Below the pieces are notes generated by a model. The model worked only from the letters and a program-made list of their open reading frames with translations, searched no databases and was not told the origin of the DNA. Shown piece after piece: positions 1 through 9,512 of a DNA stretch of 64,000 nucleotides. The position numbers and the translations under genes are program-made. Positions within the stretch are counted from its first letter, which is position 1; every line of letters starts with the position of its first letter. Source of the DNA: an uncultured Chloroflexia bacterium (GTDB lineage Bacteria; Chloroflexota; Limnocylindria; Limnocylindrales; CSP1-4); NCBI GenBank assembly GCA_963794525.1, contig CAWCEC010000003.1:188090-252089 (forward strand), in the 5' to 3' direction.

Positions 1-230
1 GGCGCGAACATGAGGCGCCGCGCGTCGGCTCCCTCGCGGAGCCCGAGACGCTCCAATGTGGGCCACGCCTTTGCCACCGATCCGCGCAGACGGTCCTCGG
101 CGCCGGGTGCCGGATCGAAGGCGACGACATCGAGGCCCATCCGCAGGAAGTGGGCCGCCCAGCCGGCGCCGATCACCCCTGTACCGATCACACCCACTCG
201 CTGGACGGCCGTGGGATCCGGTCGTCGCAT
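1..230 (-). CDS. 3-hydroxyacyl-CoA dehydrogenase family protein (L-carnitine dehydrogenase-like), 5-prime part only; continues past window start
   Basis: Own translation of the minus strand from ATG 230: MRRPDPTAVQRVGVIGTGVIGAGWAAHFLRMGLDVVAFDPAPGAEDRL... This is the Rossmann GxGxxG NAD-binding N-terminus of this family. It begins 2 nt after the BKACE stop. It is not in the ORF track because the window edge truncates it. Confidence 0.6.
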   Translation of the reverse strand, partial: MRRPDPTAVQRVGVIGTGVIGAGWAAHFLRMGLDVVAFDPAPGAEDRLRGSVAKAWPTLERLGLREGADARRLMFA

Positions 231-232
231 GT

Positions 233-1168
233 TCAGAATGCGACCGCGTCGCGGCCTTTGAGGCCGAGGATCTGCCTCGCCTCGTCCGGGGTTGCGATCT
301 CCAATGACAGGGCTTCGAGGATCCCGCGGACCTTGCGAACCTGCGCTGCGTTCGATTCGGCGAGCTGACCCTTGCCGAGGTAGAGGCTGTCCTCGAGGCC
401 GACCCGAACGTGGGCCCCCATGACCGCCGCAGCCGTGACCACGCCCATCTGGAATCGCCCGGCACCAAGGACCGACCACTCATATGCATCACCGAGCAAT
501 CTGTCTGCGGTGCGACGCATCTGGACGATGTGATCGACATCAGTGCCGATGCCACCCATCGTCCCGAAGATCGTCTGGATGAAGACCGGCGGTTTCAGCA
601 GACCCTTGTCGAGGTAGTACGCAAGCGAGTACAGGTGCGAGGTGTCATAGGCCTCGCACTCGAACCTGGCACCCGTCTCCGGACCGACCACGGTAAGCAT
701 GTACTCGATATCCGCGTACGTACTAAGGAACGGATCGCGGCGGGTCTGCTCCAGGTACGGTTCTTCCCAGTCGAACTTCCACTTGCCCCGATACTTGTCG
801 ATCATCGTGAAGCCGCCGTAGTTCATCGACCCCATGTTGAGGGTCGCGAGCTCGGGCTTCGCGCGGAGCACGCCCTCGAGACGCTGGGCCACGGTCATGC
901 CCGTGCCGCCACCGGACGACACGCTCAGGACCACATCCGACTGCCTCTTGATCCGCGACAGGTACTCCATGAAGACATCAGGGTCCGGCGTCGGCCGGCC
1001 ATCGCGCGGGTCACGTGCGTGGAGGTGGATGATCGAGGCGCCTGCCTCGGCGGCATCGACCGACTGCGTCACGACATCATCGATCGTGTATGGGAGATGG
1101 GGTGACATCGTGGGCGTGTGACCCGAACCCGTGATCGCGCAGGTCAGGATGACCTTGCCACTTGCCAT
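233..1168 (-). CDS. beta-keto acid cleavage enzyme (BKACE / 3-keto-5-aminohexanoate cleavage enzyme family, DUF849)
   Basis: 311-aa ORF with VILTCAITGSGHTPTMSPHLPYT, IIHLHARDP and GLEDSLYLGKGQLA, typical of the BKACE TIM-barrel family. It lies 25 nt downstream of the ABC ATPase on the same strand. Confidence 0.85.
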   Translation of the reverse strand: MASGKVILTCAITGSGHTPTMSPHLPYTIDDVVTQSVDAAEAGASIIHLHARDPRDGRPTPDPDVFMEYLSRIKRQSDVVLSVSSGGGTGMTVAQRLEGVLRAKPELATLNMGSMNYGGFTMIDKYRGKWKFDWEEPYLEQTRRDPFLSTYADIEYMLTVVGPETGARFECEAYDTSHLYSLAYYLDKGLLKPPVFIQTIFGTMGGIGTDVDHIVQMRRTADRLLGDAYEWSVLGAGRFQMGVVTAAAVMGAHVRVGLEDSLYLGKGQLAESNAAQVRKVRGILEALSLEIATPDEARQILGLKGRDAVAF

Positions 1169-1193
1169 GGGCCGACGGCTCCCTAGTGCGATG

Positions 1194-3304
1194 TCACGGC
1201 GTGACGACGTCCTCGATCGGCGCCACCGCGATCTCCTCCACCACGAGTTCCTTGCGTTGCGCCTGGAGCCGTCGCAATTCGTCGAGCGGGATGTGGCATT
1301 TCATCAGGTGCCCTGGTTCGACCTCGGCGAGTGGTGGTTCGGTGACCTCGCACAGGCCCGGGATCACGCGTGGGCAGCGCGTATGGAAGACGCAACCACT
1401 CGGCGGGTTGGCAGGACTCGGAACCTCGCCACCGAGTCGGATGCGCGTGCGCTCCTCGCCATCGATGCTCGGCACCGCGGACAGCAGGGCCTCGGTATAC
1501 GGATGATTCGGACCGCGGAAGATGGTCTCCGAGTCGCCGACTTCCTGGATGCGGCCGAGATACATCACGGCGATCCGGTCGGCCAGGTATCGAACGACCC
1601 CAAGGTCATGAGAGATCAGCAGGTAGCTGGTCTTGCTCTCCGCCTGCAACTCCGCTAGCACGTTCAGGATCGCGGCTTGCACCGAAACATCGAGCGCGCT
1701 CGTGGGCTCGTCCGCAACCACGATCCTCGGGTCGCCGGCGAACGCCCGCGCGATCGCCACGCGCTGCTTGAGGCCACCGGACAGCTGGCGCGGCTTGAGG
1801 TCGAGGTGGCGCTGGGTCAACCGCAGGCTCTCGGCCAGCTTGTCGACCCGCTGCTCCGCGGCCTTGCCGGACAGACCGGTGAGCTTGCTGACCGACCGAC
1901 CGAGGATGTTGCGCACGCTCCAACCGCGGTTGAGCGCCGAATCCGGGTTCTGGAAGACCATCTGGATCTGGCGCTTGTCACCACTGGGCCGGTCGCCGGC
2001 AACAGCACCGAGATCGATGGTCAGCGAGCGAGATGTGTGCTGCCCGCGTCGGGACCCTCGATGCCAAGGATGGTCTTGGCCAGGGTCGACTTACCCGATC
2101 CGGACTCGCCGACGAGCCCAAGGGTCTCCCCATCGTGCATCGTCAGCTCCACCCCGACGAGGGCGGGTACGTCGTGACCGCCTGAGCGGAATGTCTTCGA
2201 GACGTTCTCGAGCCGCAACGAGAGGTCGCCCTGAGGCAGGACCTCCTGTCCGAGGCCCGGGGCTGGTTCCTTGATCTCACCGATCCGCTCCCAGTGGTGG
2301 CAGCGAGTCCACTGGCCTTCCCCGACGTCCACGACCGGTGGCTCGACCTCGCGGCAGAGATCGGTCGCGAGTGGACAGCGGTCGACGTACACACACGTCG
2401 GGAGCGGCGTCCCGATCTGCGGGAGTGTCCCGGGGATCGTGGCCAGCGGCCGCTGCGCCTTGGTGATCCCGTGGCGTGGCAATGCCTGGAGCAATCCGAC
2501 CGAATACGGGTGCTGCGGACGCTCGAAGACGCGGGCTGCGTCGCCTTCCTCGACGATCTTGCCGGCATACATCACGCCGACTCGATCGCACATCGTCCTG
2601 ATCACGCCGAGGTTGTGGGCGATCAACAGGACGGCCGCCGACGTCTCCGAGATCAGCGTCCGGACGAGATCCAGCACGCTGGCTTCGACGGTGGCGTCCA
2701 GCCCGGTCGTCGGCTCATCGAGGACAAGCAGTTGCGGGTCCTTTGCGAGGGCCATCGCGATGACGACCCGCTGCTGCATGCCGCCGGACAGCTGATGCGG
2801 GTAGCGGCCGAGGACCCGCTCAGGGTCGGCGATCTGGACGCGCTTGAGGGCCCCAAGGGCGTTCTCGCGAGCTTGCTCCGCCTCCTGTCCGAGGACCGTG
2901 AACGCCTCGATGACCTGCGGACCCACCTTGGTGGTCGGGTTGAGCGCGGCGCCGGGATCCTGGTAGACCATCGAGGCATGCTGCATCCGGAACCGGCGGA
3001 GGTCGTCGCCTGACTTCTTCGTGATGTCGTCGCCCGCGACGAGGATCCGGCCTTTGGTGATCCGTCCGTTGCGCGGGATGTAGCGAACGGCCGCGTAGGC
3101 CGTCGTCGACTTGCCGCAGCCGGACTCGCCGACCAGCCCGTACGACTCGCCCGGACGCACCTCGAACGACACGCCACGCAGGACGGGCCGCGGGATGCCC
3201 CGGACGATGTACGAAAGGTGCAGGTCCTCGACCCGCAGGGCCGGCGCGACAGATGGCGCCGGTGACGGCATCGGGGCAGGCGCACTCAGCGGGGCGGTCG
3301 TCAT
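1194..3304 (-). CDS. fused double-NBD ABC transporter ATP-binding protein (DppD-DppF / GsiA-like), frameshifted as given
   Basis: ORFs 2021..3445 and 1194..1961 are two pieces of one protein. NBD1 is complete (GESGCGKST, LSGGMQQR, LLVLDEPT). NBD2 starts in the upstream ORF (GESGSGKST) and continues in another frame in the downstream ORF (QMVFQNP, LSGGLKQR, IVVADEPT, oligopeptide-type C-terminal Cys motifs). The start is taken at ATG 3304 (MTTAPL), which forms an ATGA overlap with the permease stop. The frame break is near 2021-2035. Confidence 0.85.
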
Positions 3305-4170
3305 TCGCTCGCGACCGACTGGAGTGCGTCGGCGATGAGGTTGATCGCGACGATGCAGCTCGCGATGGCGAGGGCCGGGAAGAGCGTCGGCCACCACTTG
3401 CCCGAGATCATGTTGGTGTACTCCTCGCTGATCGAGAGGCCCCAATCGGGCGATGGCGGCTGGATCCCGACACCGAGGAACGACAGCGTGGCTACCGTGA
3501 AGATCGCGAACCCGAATCGCACCGTCAGCTCGACCACGATCGGGCCCAGGACGTTCGGGAAGATCTCGCGAGCCATGATGTACGGCCCGGACTCTCCGCG
3601 GAGCTTGGCAGCGGTCACGTAGTCCAGCTGCCGCTCCGATTGGACCGCAGCCCGGACCGTCCGCGCCACGATCGGCGTGAACAGGATGCCGACGACGAGC
3701 ACGACAACGGCCGTCGACGTGCCAAGGACGACGAGCGTCAGCAGGGCGACGAGGATGACGGGCAACGACAGGAACGCCTCGACGATGCGGCTGACCAGAT
3801 CGTCGACGATGCCGCGGTAGTAGCCCATGACCAGCCCGAGCAGCGAGCCGGCCGCGACGCCGAGCAGCGCGGCCAGCGGAGCGACGATCAGTACGTCACG
3901 GGCTCCGACCATCACCCGCGAAAGCACGTCCCGGCCGAGGCGGTCGGTGCCGAACAGGTGCTCCGAGCTCGGCGGCTGGTGACCTGTGTCGAAGTCGTTG
4001 AACGGATCGTACGGCGTGATCGCCTCGCCAGCGATCGCGAAGAACGTCCACATGCCAAGGATCACCAGGCCGATGACGAATCCGGGCTTGCGGAACAGGA
4101 CCGCCCGGCTCTCGCGCCGTGCCTGAGCGCGCTCGGATCGGACGTCGACCGTCGGGGCGATGACGGCCAT
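3301..4170 (-). CDS. ABC transporter permease, DppC/OppC type
   Basis: Starts at ATG 4170 (MAVIAPTVDVRSERAQ...LFRKPGFVIGLVILGMWTFFAIAGEAITPYDPF). It has six predicted hydrophobic segments and an EAA-like loop region. Its start overlaps the corrected DppB stop (TGATG). The listed ORF 3301..4725 is longer only because it runs through the frameshifted DppB tail. Confidence 0.85.
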   Translation of the reverse strand: MAVIAPTVDVRSERAQARRESRAVLFRKPGFVIGLVILGMWTFFAIAGEAITPYDPFNDFDTGHQPPSSEHLFGTDRLGRDVLSRVMVGARDVLIVAPLAALLGVAAGSLLGLVMGYYRGIVDDLVSRIVEAFLSLPVILVALLTLVVLGTSTAVVVLVVGILFTPIVARTVRAAVQSERQLDYVTAAKLRGESGPYIMAREIFPNVLGPIVVELTVRFGFAIFTVATLSFLGVGIQPPSPDWGLSISEEYTNMISGKWWPTLFPALAIASCIVAINLIADALQSVASE

Positions 4171-5122
4171 CAGTGCGTCTCCAGCCGCACGCGCGGGTTC
4201 ATCCAGGCGATGATCAGGTCCGCCGCCAGCGTCGCGACCATATAGACGATCCCGATGACGATGACGCCGGCTGTGAGGAGCGGGATGTCCTTGCGCTGGG
4301 CGGCGAACAGCATCAGTCTGGCCCATCCCGTTGTAGTTGAAGATCTTCTCGACGCCGATGATGCCGCCGAACAGGTATCCGATCTGGACGCCGATCACGG
4401 CCACCGTCGGTACGAGGGCGTTGCGCAGGACGTGACGCCGCATCGTCTGCGACGTCGTCAGACCCTTCATGGTGGCCGTCCTGATGTAGTCGGACTCGAG
4501 GACTTCGATCGTGCCCGCGCGCGTCATCCGCGCGATGTAGCCGAAGTACACGATCGCCATCGCCAATGCAGGCATAAGCAGATATCGCGCGGTCTCGAGC
4601 GGGCCTGCACCTGGTGGCGGTGTGGCAAGCACGGGCAGCAAGCCGAGCTGGACGCCGACGACCACCACGAGGATGGTGCCGATGACGAACTCGGGGATCG
4701 ACGAGAACGTCAGACCGGCGAGCACGATGGCCCGGTCGGACGGTCGGTCTCGTCGCCGGCCCGCGAATAGCCCGGCGAGCGATGGCGACGGGGATCGTCA
4801 GGAGGAGCGCGTAGGCGGCGAGGACGCCCGATCGCACGATCGCCTCGAGGATCAGCGGGATGACCGGCTTGTTAGATTGGAACGAGTTGCCGAAATCGAG
4901 CGTGACGAGGTTTCGCATCGCCCGGGCGTACTGCTCAGGCAGCGGATCGTTCGTACCGAGCCGCTCATTGATCGTGTCCACGGTCTCCTGTGGCGCGAAC
5001 GGCCCGGCGATCGTGCGACCGATATCAGTCGGCAGGACATTCGTGATGCCGAACACGAGCGTGGCGAGCAGCCACAGCGTGATGAGCGATAGCACCAGCC
5101 TGCGCAGCAGCCAGCGAGTCAT
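4170..5122 (-). CDS. ABC transporter permease, DppB/OppB type, two frameshifts as given
   Basis: The N-terminus (MTRWLLRRLVLSLITLWLLATLVFGITNVLP...LLLTIPVAIA) is in ORF 4313..5122. The middle (LAGLFAGRRRDRPSDRAIVLAGLTFSSIPEFVIG...IFNYNGMGQ) is in the frame of ORF 3301..4725. The tail was recovered by my own translation in the third frame (LMLFAAQRKDIPLLTAGVIVIGIVYMVATLAADLIIAWMNPRVRLETH stop). The breaks are near 4780 and 4317. Confidence 0.8.
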
Positions 5123-5208
5123 CGACTCACATGCCCCTCGTGGTATTCACCTGTTGTTCGAAACGAGGGAGGCGATGTGACGCATCGCCTCCCTCGCTGA
5201 TCAGACGG

Positions 5209-6912
5209 TCAAGCGGTCTGGGATGCGGATGAGAAGAACATCTGGCCGAGCGCGCTCGAATAGATACCGTTGTACTTCTTCGAACTGCCGGCCAGGTAGT
5301 TATACCAGTAGGGCAACGCGACAGCGACGTCCTCGTTGAGGATCGTCTCGATCTTGGTGCATGCGGCTTTCTGGGCCTCCACCCCGATCGCCGCCTGGAA
5401 CTCGCCGAACGCGGCGTCGAATTCCGACGACGCGTACTGGGACGAATTCCAGATCCCCTTCGACTTGAGAGCGGCGTTGAGATAGACGTCCGGCGTGGCG
5501 CGGTGTCCGTAATCGACGATCCCGAGCTCGGCCGCACCTGAGCAGGGCGGATCCTTCGGCTCGGGTGGGCACCACTGTGCGTTGTAGAACGTTTCGAGGT
5601 TCTCGACAGCGACCTCGAGGTTGAAGCCGGCCTCGGCAGCCTGGCTCTTGATGAGGGTTGCGAGGTCGGGGATCTCGAGCAGCTGGCCGGCATGGATGAC
5701 AGCGTTGATCGTCGGCGTTCCGGCGGCAGCGAGCAGGGATTTGGCCTTTTCGACGTCTCGCGTGCGCTGCGGGACGCTCTCATCGAAGTAGGGATAGATC
5801 GGGGCGATGACATGGTCGTTGCCCAAGTCCGCACGACCCTTGAATAGCTGCTGGATCATCGCCTCGCGGTCCAAGGAAAGCGCCAGTGCTTGACGGACTT
5901 CCTTCTTCGCGAACTGCCCCGTGTCAACCCGCATCCAGATCTGGCGGTGCGTGGCTGCGCGGGTCGCGATGATGTTGGTGTTCTGATCCTCGAGCAATGC
6001 CTCGCCCGACAGGACGTCGAACTGGACGATGCAGTCCACCTGGCCGCCCTGGTAGGCGGTGACCTGTGGCCCGGTCGCATCAAAGAAAAGGAACTCGGTG
6101 GAGTCGAGCGGGGTCATGCCGCCCCACCAATTGGGGTTTCGCGAGAAAGTAGCGCCGGTCGACGGGTTGTAGCTTTCGATGACCCAGGCGCCGGTGCCGT
6201 TGGGCTTGGCGTCGAGGGTTGTCCCCGACTCGTAATCCTTGGGCGTGATCACCGACTGGGCGTTGAACACGGATACGAGGTACGGGAAGTTGCCGTTCGG
6301 GCTCAGGAGGGTGAACTCGACGGTCGTCGGGTTCGTGGCCTTCGCCGAATTCTCGTCGATGACGCCCTTGAGGCCGGCGTTGCCAGCCGCAACGAGGCGG
6401 CCCATCGTCGCCACGACATCGTCGGCCGTAAAGTCCGAGCCGTCCTGCCACTTGACGCCTTCACGCAGCGTGAAGGTCCAGACCGAGCCGTCCGCGTTGG
6501 GAACCCATTCCGTCGCGAGGCCCTTGTCGATGTCGGAGCCTTCCTTGTCAAGCGTGGCCAGGTATTCAAAGGATTGGGACACGATCCCGTAGCCGCTGAG
6601 GTCCTGCATCGCGACCGGGTCGATGCTCACCGGTCGCTGCGTGGCGACGCGGATCGTTCCGCCCAAGGCCGCGCTCCCGGCCGCGGACGGGCTTGCGCCG
6701 GGCGCCTGCGATCCCGGCGCTGTTGTCGCGCTGGGCGTGCCCGGACCGCATGCCGCGATGACCGCGGTGACGGATGACAGGGACAGGCCGATGACTGACG
6801 CGCGCTTGACGAATTGGCGGCGGGAGATCTTGCCCTGAACAAAGTGCTCGACAAGGTCGAGCTCGAGGGGCGTCGCCGATCGACGCACGGGATCAAGCCG
6901 GGAATAGTCCAT
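5209..6912 (-). CDS. ABC transporter substrate-binding protein, family 5 (DppA/OppA-like), Tat signal
   Basis: Start taken at ATG 6912 (MDYSRLDPV...), with GAGGAGGA 9 nt upstream. It has the twin-arginine motif SRRQFVKRASVIGLSL followed by an AACG lipobox-like site. The length and sequence are typical of family-5 SBPs. Confidence 0.85.
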   Translation of the reverse strand: MDYSRLDPVRRSATPLELDLVEHFVQGKISRRQFVKRASVIGLSLSSVTAVIAACGPGTPSATTAPGSQAPGASPSAAGSAALGGTIRVATQRPVSIDPVAMQDLSGYGIVSQSFEYLATLDKEGSDIDKGLATEWVPNADGSVWTFTLREGVKWQDGSDFTADDVVATMGRLVAAGNAGLKGVIDENSAKATNPTTVEFTLLSPNGNFPYLVSVFNAQSVITPKDYESGTTLDAKPNGTGAWVIESYNPSTGATFSRNPNWWGGMTPLDSTEFLFFDATGPQVTAYQGGQVDCIVQFDVLSGEALLEDQNTNIIATRAATHRQIWMRVDTGQFAKKEVRQALALSLDREAMIQQLFKGRADLGNDHVIAPIYPYFDESVPQRTRDVEKAKSLLAAAGTPTINAVIHAGQLLEIPDLATLIKSQAAEAGFNLEVAVENLETFYNAQWCPPEPKDPPCSGAAELGIVDYGHRATPDVYLNAALKSKGIWNSSQYASSEFDAAFGEFQAAIGVEAQKAACTKIETILNEDVAVALPYWYNYLAGSSKKYNGIYSSALGQMFFSSASQTA

Positions 6913-7009
6913 GGTGCTTTGTCCTCCTCGACCATGTGACGGACCCGTGATGGTTCGCACCACCATCCAGCCGGACCGGTCCGTGCTGGGAACTCCTCCG
7001 GAAGGGGTC

Positions 7010-7039
7010 ACGGTAACGGCGCGTTCTCGCCGGTGTCAA
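7010..7039 (-). promoter_or_regulatory. candidate sigma-70-type promoter for the ABC/BKACE operon
   Basis: The minus strand reads TTGACA (7039..7034), 18 nt, then TACCGT (7015..7010), which fits TAnnnT. It lies in the 123-nt gap upstream of the SBP gene. The -35 element overlaps the miaB stop codon. The call rests on sequence pattern only. Confidence 0.25.
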
Positions 7040-8673
7040 CGGACGGCGTGTTGTTCCTGCGTGACGATCGTTCCGCGGAGGGCGTATGGGCCCGCGTGGT
7101 CGACGCGGACGGACACCTCGCGGCCCATGACCTCGCTGTCGGCGGCGAGGTGGACGAGCTTGTTGCCGCGGGTCCGGCCGGAGACCTGCGGCCCGCCGGG
7201 GCCATCGCTTGCCGCGTGGTCGTGGATTCGGGGCGGCGTCGCGCTGTCGACCAGGACCTCGACCTCGTGACCCAGCCAGGCCTCGTTGCGAGCCAGTCCG
7301 ATGCCCTCCTGGAGGCCCAGGAGCTCGTTCAGCCGCCGTCGCTTCACGTCCGGCGGCACGTCGTCGGCCAGGCGCGTCGCCGGCGTCCCCGGGCGCGGCG
7401 AGTACGCCGCCGCGAACACCTGGTCGTAGCGAATGTCGCCCAGCAAGCGCAGCGTGACCTCGAACTGCGCCTCGGTCTCGCCGCAGAACCCGACGATCAC
7501 ATCAGTAGAGATCGTGATGCCCGGGACGGCTTCGCGGATGCGGTCGAGCCGCTCGCGGTAGTGCTCGATGGTGTACTGGCGACCCATCCGCCGCAATACG
7601 GCGTCGTCGCCGGACTGGACGGGCAGGTGGAGGTGCTCGCAGACGCTCGGGCAGTCGGCCAGCGCCGAGATCAGTCGATCCGACAGGTCCCACGGGTGCG
7701 ATGTCACGAACCGGAGTCGAGGGATCGCCGGTCTACCATCCGCCGTGCGCAACGCGTCGATCGCCCGGATCAGCTCGGCGAGGTCGGGGCGACCGTGCAG
7801 GTCGAGCTTACGACCCGCCCACCGCTCGGCATCGACGTGCGCGAAGCGCGGCTCCGGCGACAGGTCGTGCCCGTAGGAGTTCACGTTCTGGCCGAGCAGC
7901 GTGACCTCGCGATAGCCGGTCGCCGCCAGGGCGCGTGCTTCATCGACGATGTCGTCGAACGGCCGGCTGCGCTCCGGGCCGCGGCTGAACGGGACGATGC
8001 AGTAGGTGCAGGTCTTGTCGCAGCCGTAGATGATCGGCAGCCAGGCGCTGATGGCTGATCCGCGAGCCACGGTCCCCTCCCCGACCGCCCGGGCACGGGT
8101 GCCGGCGAGGTGGTCGGCGACGCCCACGACGGTTCGACCGACCGTGGTGGTGGCGCCGACGGCACCGATCATCCCCTGCGCCGACGCCAGCCCGAGCCTG
8201 TCGACCAGCTCCGGCTCCTCATCCGGCCGCAGGAAGAGATCGACCGCCGGGTAGCGCCGCGCGAGCCCATCACGCTCCGCCTCGCGGACCGCACAGCCGG
8301 TCAGGACCACGCGCATCCCCGGATTGGCCGACTTGAGCCGCGCGAGGTGGCCCTGCCGGCCGATGACCTTCTGCTCGGCGCCCTCGCGGATGGCGCACGT
8401 GTTGATGACGATGAGATCGGCGGTCTCGAGCGTGGACGCCTCATCGCAGCCGACCGCCAGCAGTCGGCCGGCCATCTCCTCCGAATCGCTACGGTTCATC
8501 TGGCAGCCCAGCGTCCACAGATGGAACCGCGGCAACGCGGCGGGCTCGGGCCGGTACTCGGTCAGCCGCTCATCGGCGGGGGCCAGGGGCGATCGCGACG
8601 CGGACGGTGCCGTGGGCGGCGCCAGGACATCGAGCACCGGTAGCGAGCGCGTGGTCGATCGGGGTTCATGCAC
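7036..8673 (-). CDS. miaB: tRNA-2-methylthio-N6-dimethylallyladenosine synthase
   Basis: 545 aa. It has the UPF0004 N-domain FHLWTLGCQMNRSDSE, the radical-SAM motif CDKTCTYCIVP, and a C-terminal TRAM-like domain. Confidence 0.9.
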   Translation of the reverse strand: MHEPRSTTRSLPVLDVLAPPTAPSASRSPLAPADERLTEYRPEPAALPRFHLWTLGCQMNRSDSEEMAGRLLAVGCDEASTLETADLIVINTCAIREGAEQKVIGRQGHLARLKSANPGMRVVLTGCAVREAERDGLARRYPAVDLFLRPDEEPELVDRLGLASAQGMIGAVGATTTVGRTVVGVADHLAGTRARAVGEGTVARGSAISAWLPIIYGCDKTCTYCIVPFSRGPERSRPFDDIVDEARALAATGYREVTLLGQNVNSYGHDLSPEPRFAHVDAERWAGRKLDLHGRPDLAELIRAIDALRTADGRPAIPRLRFVTSHPWDLSDRLISALADCPSVCEHLHLPVQSGDDAVLRRMGRQYTIEHYRERLDRIREAVPGITISTDVIVGFCGETEAQFEVTLRLLGDIRYDQVFAAAYSPRPGTPATRLADDVPPDVKRRRLNELLGLQEGIGLARNEAWLGHEVEVLVDSATPPRIHDHAASDGPGGPQVSGRTRGNKLVHLAADSEVMGREVSVRVDHAGPYALRGTIVTQEQHAVR

Positions 8674-8726
8674 GGTCGGGCCATGGTACTGCCGGGCGGT
8701 CGGCGCGCCCGCTATCCTCGAATGCC

Positions 8727-9512
8727 ATGGACCTGATCGCGCTCCTCGGCAACCCGGAGACGTGGGTCGCGCTGCTGACGCTCACCGTGCTGGAGATCGT
8801 CCTCGGCATCGACAACGTCATCTTCATCTCGATCCTCGTGCAGCGCCTGCCGAGTGAACAGCGGGACCAGGCGCGGCGCATCGGTCTCGGCCTGGCGATG
8901 GGGATGCGGATCCTCCTGTTGCTGACCATCTCGTGGATCATCGGGCTGACCGAGCCGATCTTCACGATCGCCGATCGCGAGTTCTCGTGGCGCGACCTGA
9001 TCCTCATCGGTGGCGGGCTGTTCCTGCTCTGGAAAGCGACCAACGAGATCCACGATTTGCTCGAGGGCGAGACGGGCGGGGAGGCTCCCGCGTCAAGGGG
9101 AGCGTCGTTCGGCGGCGTCCTCGTCCAGATCGTCCTGCTCGATATCGTGTTCTCGCTCGACTCGGTCCTCACGGCGGTCGGCATGGTGGACGAGATCCTC
9201 GTAATGGTGGCGGCTGTGGTCCTCGCAGTCGGCGTCATGCTCATCGCGTCGGGGCCGTTGTCGAAGTTCGTCCACGACCACCCGTCGGTGAAGATCCTTG
9301 CACTTGCGTTCCTGCTACTGGTCGGCGTGACGCTGATCGCCGACGGCTTCGGGTTCCACATCGACAAGGCCTACATCTACGCGGCCATGGCGTTCAGCGT
9401 CTTCGTCGAAGGACTGAACCTGCGCGCCAGGCATCGCGTCCGCCCCGTCGAGCTCCGGTCGACCTACCTCAAGGACGAGGCGGATCCTGCATCCGGGGCT
9501 GCAGGGTCGTAG
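8727..9512 (+). CDS. TerC family integral membrane protein
   Basis: Start taken at ATG 8727 (MDLIALLGNPETWVALLTLTVLEIVLGIDNVIFISIL). It has the duplicated TerC motifs GIDNVIF and FSLDSVL and multiple TM helices. Confidence 0.85.
   Translation: MDLIALLGNPETWVALLTLTVLEIVLGIDNVIFISILVQRLPSEQRDQARRIGLGLAMGMRILLLLTISWIIGLTEPIFTIADREFSWRDLILIGGGLFLLWKATNEIHDLLEGETGGEAPASRGASFGGVLVQIVLLDIVFSLDSVLTAVGMVDEILVMVAAVVLAVGVMLIASGPLSKFVHDHPSVKILALAFLLLVGVTLIADGFGFHIDKAYIYAAMAFSVFVEGLNLRARHRVRPVELRSTYLKDEADPASGAAGS

Noticed and set aside
8674-8726. yybP-ykoY (Mn2+) riboswitch upstream of the TerC-family gene
   Set aside because: Only 53 nt separate the miaB start from the terC ATG, which is too short for the four-helix riboswitch. 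I saw no conserved motif.
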